A stretch of DNA of 54,952 nt from a virus. Its lineage: Duplodnaviria > Caudoviricetes. Positions 53,198-54,952 of the stretch are shown piece after piece. The stretch lies in the IMG/VR virus record IMGVR_UViG_3300031269_000018, positions 1 to 54,952 of that record. One strand, 5' to 3'. The notes below the pieces were generated by a model that searched no databases, was not told the origin of the DNA, and was given only the letters and a program-made list of their open reading frames with translations. How positions within the stretch are numbered: the stretch's first letter is position 1; each line of letters starts with the position of its first letter. The translations under genes were made by a program, and so were the position numbers.

Positions 53198-54057
53198 TGA
53201 GTGGTTTACTTAGTCGTATAGCAGTAGGATTAGGCGAAGGCGCTCAGGTCTATGGCAAACTAACATTAGAAAAGCAACGCGAAGAAAGGCTTGCAGCACT
53301 ACAACAAAAAATGCAAAAAGATAGTCAAGAATTTCAAATGAGTGAGACTCAGAGCAGTCAAAACTTTACATCTTCTGAAAACGTTAATCAGCGAGAATTT
53401 CAAGCAGAACAAAACAACCTTGATCGTACTCTACGACTTGATTCAGCTAAGTCTAAAGCTGCGAATGCAAATCAAGATAGTGTTAAAGAGATTCAATATG
53501 CAGACGATTTTAGCGGTAATATGACCATTACGAACACGAGTGGTAAGCAGTCTCGATACGATTCTGAGACTGATACCTACTTTGAGCTTGGAAAAGGCAA
53601 ACCTGAAATTACAGAAAGCATGCGCGATCAAGCGATGAAATGGGGTCGAGAGTTTGCGGAGCAACAAGCAAAAACATTTAGCAAAGATAAAACCGATTTT
53701 CCAGTTGTACAAAGTGAGGATCGAGCAGGAGTTTTAGCAGGTCAACTTCTTTTAAATGCGATGACATCAGGACCAGAGGCTACAGAAAAATTCAAAACTG
53801 AAGCAGCTAAACAAGGATTTAGCTTTATTGAAAAACAAGCGGTAGACACACCTGAAATTGTAGAAAGTGTGAAAAGTGGAAAGCTTTCTACGAGTAGAAA
53901 TGGATCGTCAACATCTCAAGCTGGCGCTCAACTACAAGTTGCTTTTGATCGATATCCGAATGCCGATCAAAAAGAACTCGCACAAGCGATGATTGATAGT
54001 AGCAATGTACCTGAGTCTGTAAAGAAACAGGCAAGAGCGTTTCTAAAAGCCAATTGA
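53197..54057 (+). CDS. Probable ejection protein
   Basis: MSGLLSRIAVGLGEGA N-terminus, Q/E-rich 11-residue-like repeats. Confidence 0.6.
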   Translation: MSGLLSRIAVGLGEGAQVYGKLTLEKQREERLAALQQKMQKDSQEFQMSETQSSQNFTSSENVNQREFQAEQNNLDRTLRLDSAKSKAANANQDSVKEIQYADDFSGNMTITNTSGKQSRYDSETDTYFELGKGKPEITESMRDQAMKWGREFAEQQAKTFSKDKTDFPVVQSEDRAGVLAGQLLLNAMTSGPEATEKFKTEAAKQGFSFIEKQAVDTPEIVESVKSGKLSTSRNGSSTSQAGAQLQVAFDRYPNADQKELAQAMIDSSNVPESVKKQARAFLKAN

Positions 54058-54081
54058 CAATAGTTAAGCTATTAGTATACT
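54054..54081 (+). promoter_or_regulatory. sigma70 promoter in front of giant polyvalent gene
   Basis: TTGACA-16-TATACT; spacer contains AATAG-TTAAG-CTATT inverted repeat. Confidence 0.65.
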
Positions 54082-54115
54082 GTTCTTTTAAAAGTGAACG
54101 CTTTAAAGGACAGTC

Positions 54116-54952
54116 ATGCAAAACTTCAATTCCTCAAGTAGTACTGGTTTTAAATACCAATCGGAGGACGAAGTTCCTCAAGAATCTATTCAAAAATACA
54201 TCTCCGAACGTAATAAATTAAAAAGCCCTGAAAGCGGTTACATAGATCCTGCAAAAGACACTGAGCTACGAGATGCAATGATGCAAGGATGGTTTGATCC
54301 TGCAACTGCACCAACAGCTGAAATTAGCACTGCAACAAGCCCCGCACTAAACAAACAAACGATAGAGCAACCTACTTCTGAATTTGATTTCACTGGTTTA
54401 TATGACGACATAGAGCAACCTACCTCTGAATTTGATTTCTCTGGTTTATTTGATGATGCGATAGAACCAGTCAAGCAGAGCTACTGGGGTGAGATAGGCG
54501 AGGCACTTTCACAAGGCTACACTGACATGGAAGCTGGGACCCAGGCTACTGGATTTTTAATGGGATTAGTAGACAGAGAAACCATTGCTAAAAATATTGT
54601 TGATAACGAAAAAGCTCGTAAAAAAGTGCCTTTATATGTCACTCAATTCAACGAGCGAATTCAGCAAGAAGGGCGTGACGTATCAAACGCTGAAGGCTTT
54701 ATTGATACTACTGTAGAAGTATTCGATCTTATTGGTGAAACCTTCCTAGAAGCTGTTAAAAACCCCGATGCTACATTCTACACAGTAGCTCAGTCAGCTG
54801 CGATGTCGCTACCATCAGTAGCAGGGGGTGCGGCTGGTTTTATATCTCCGATCCCAGGAGGTCTTGCAATTGGTACTGGTATTGGTACTTTTTCTGTTGA
54901 AGCCGGGGCGTATCTTAACGGCGAAATAATCAAAGAAATGCAGAAGCAAGGT
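54116..54952 (+). CDS. N-terminal part of giant polyvalent protein (continues through overlap into 1-7177)
   Basis: AAAGGA RBS, ATG 54116, open frame; ATG 54803 equals ATG 14 (687 nt, 229 codons). Confidence 0.9.
   Translation, partial: MQNFNSSSSTGFKYQSEDEVPQESIQKYISERNKLKSPESGYIDPAKDTELRDAMMQGWFDPATAPTAEISTATSPALNKQTIEQPTSEFDFTGLYDDIEQPTSEFDFSGLFDDAIEPVKQSYWGEIGEALSQGYTDMEAGTQATGFLMGLVDRETIAKNIVDNEKARKKVPLYVTQFNERIQQEGRDVSNAEGFIDTTVEVFDLIGETFLEAVKNPDATFYTVAQSAAMSLPSVAGGAAGFISPIPGGLAIGTGIGTFSVEAGAYLNGEIIKEMQKQG
54362..54457 (+). repeat. 48-bp tandem duplication (IEQPTSEFDF[T/S]GL[Y/F]DD x2)
   Basis: Direct reading. Confidence 0.85.
54790..54952. repeat. Terminal direct overlap, right copy
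   Basis: Matches 1-163. Confidence 0.95.

Noticed and set aside
1-54952. Alternative genetic code
   Set aside because: Long genes are intact under the standard code and TAA, TAG and TGA all end genes

Overview
The window is an essentially complete, circularly permuted dsDNA tailed-phage genome with podovirus-type architecture. The host is probably a Gram-negative bacterium (lipoprotein/spanin-like lysis gene, sigma70-type promoters). Bases 1-163 repeat at 54790-54952 with one synonymous mismatch, so the unique length is about 54,789 bp. The cut falls inside a giant polyvalent gene that really starts at 54116 and encodes 2616 aa (InPase-like, ART-like, zincin and LPD38-like domains). The minus arm (about 29620 to 7174) holds an early accessory region, then a replication module: RHH regulator, RepB-type primase-helicase, divergent PolA, fused 5mC+6mA methyltransferase, Cas4-like and DEDDh nucleases, VRR-NUC, SNF2 helicase and an SSB-like protein. 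The plus arm (30734 to 7177, through the junction) holds TerS/TerL, an inserted Ig-domain protein, portal, scaffold, capsid, short-tail proteins, lysis genes and ejection proteins. I found no integrase, CI repressor, RNA polymerase, tRNA or CRISPR array. The most interesting unannotated signals are: (1) a family of covarying RNA hairpin + RBS elements punctuating the early genes like cassette boundaries; (2) a roughly 70-nt promoter-and-terminator-bounded sRNA antisense to the phage's own CUGGAGA ribosome-binding sites; (3) an 18-bp palindromic operator at two distant promoters; (4) a 1.1-kb control region with microsatellites, symmetric divergent promoter-like boxes and a multi-stem fold; (5) a multi-TRD C5-MTase fused to a Dam domain that keeps its own internal start. 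All domain calls are from motif recognition by eye, not database searches.
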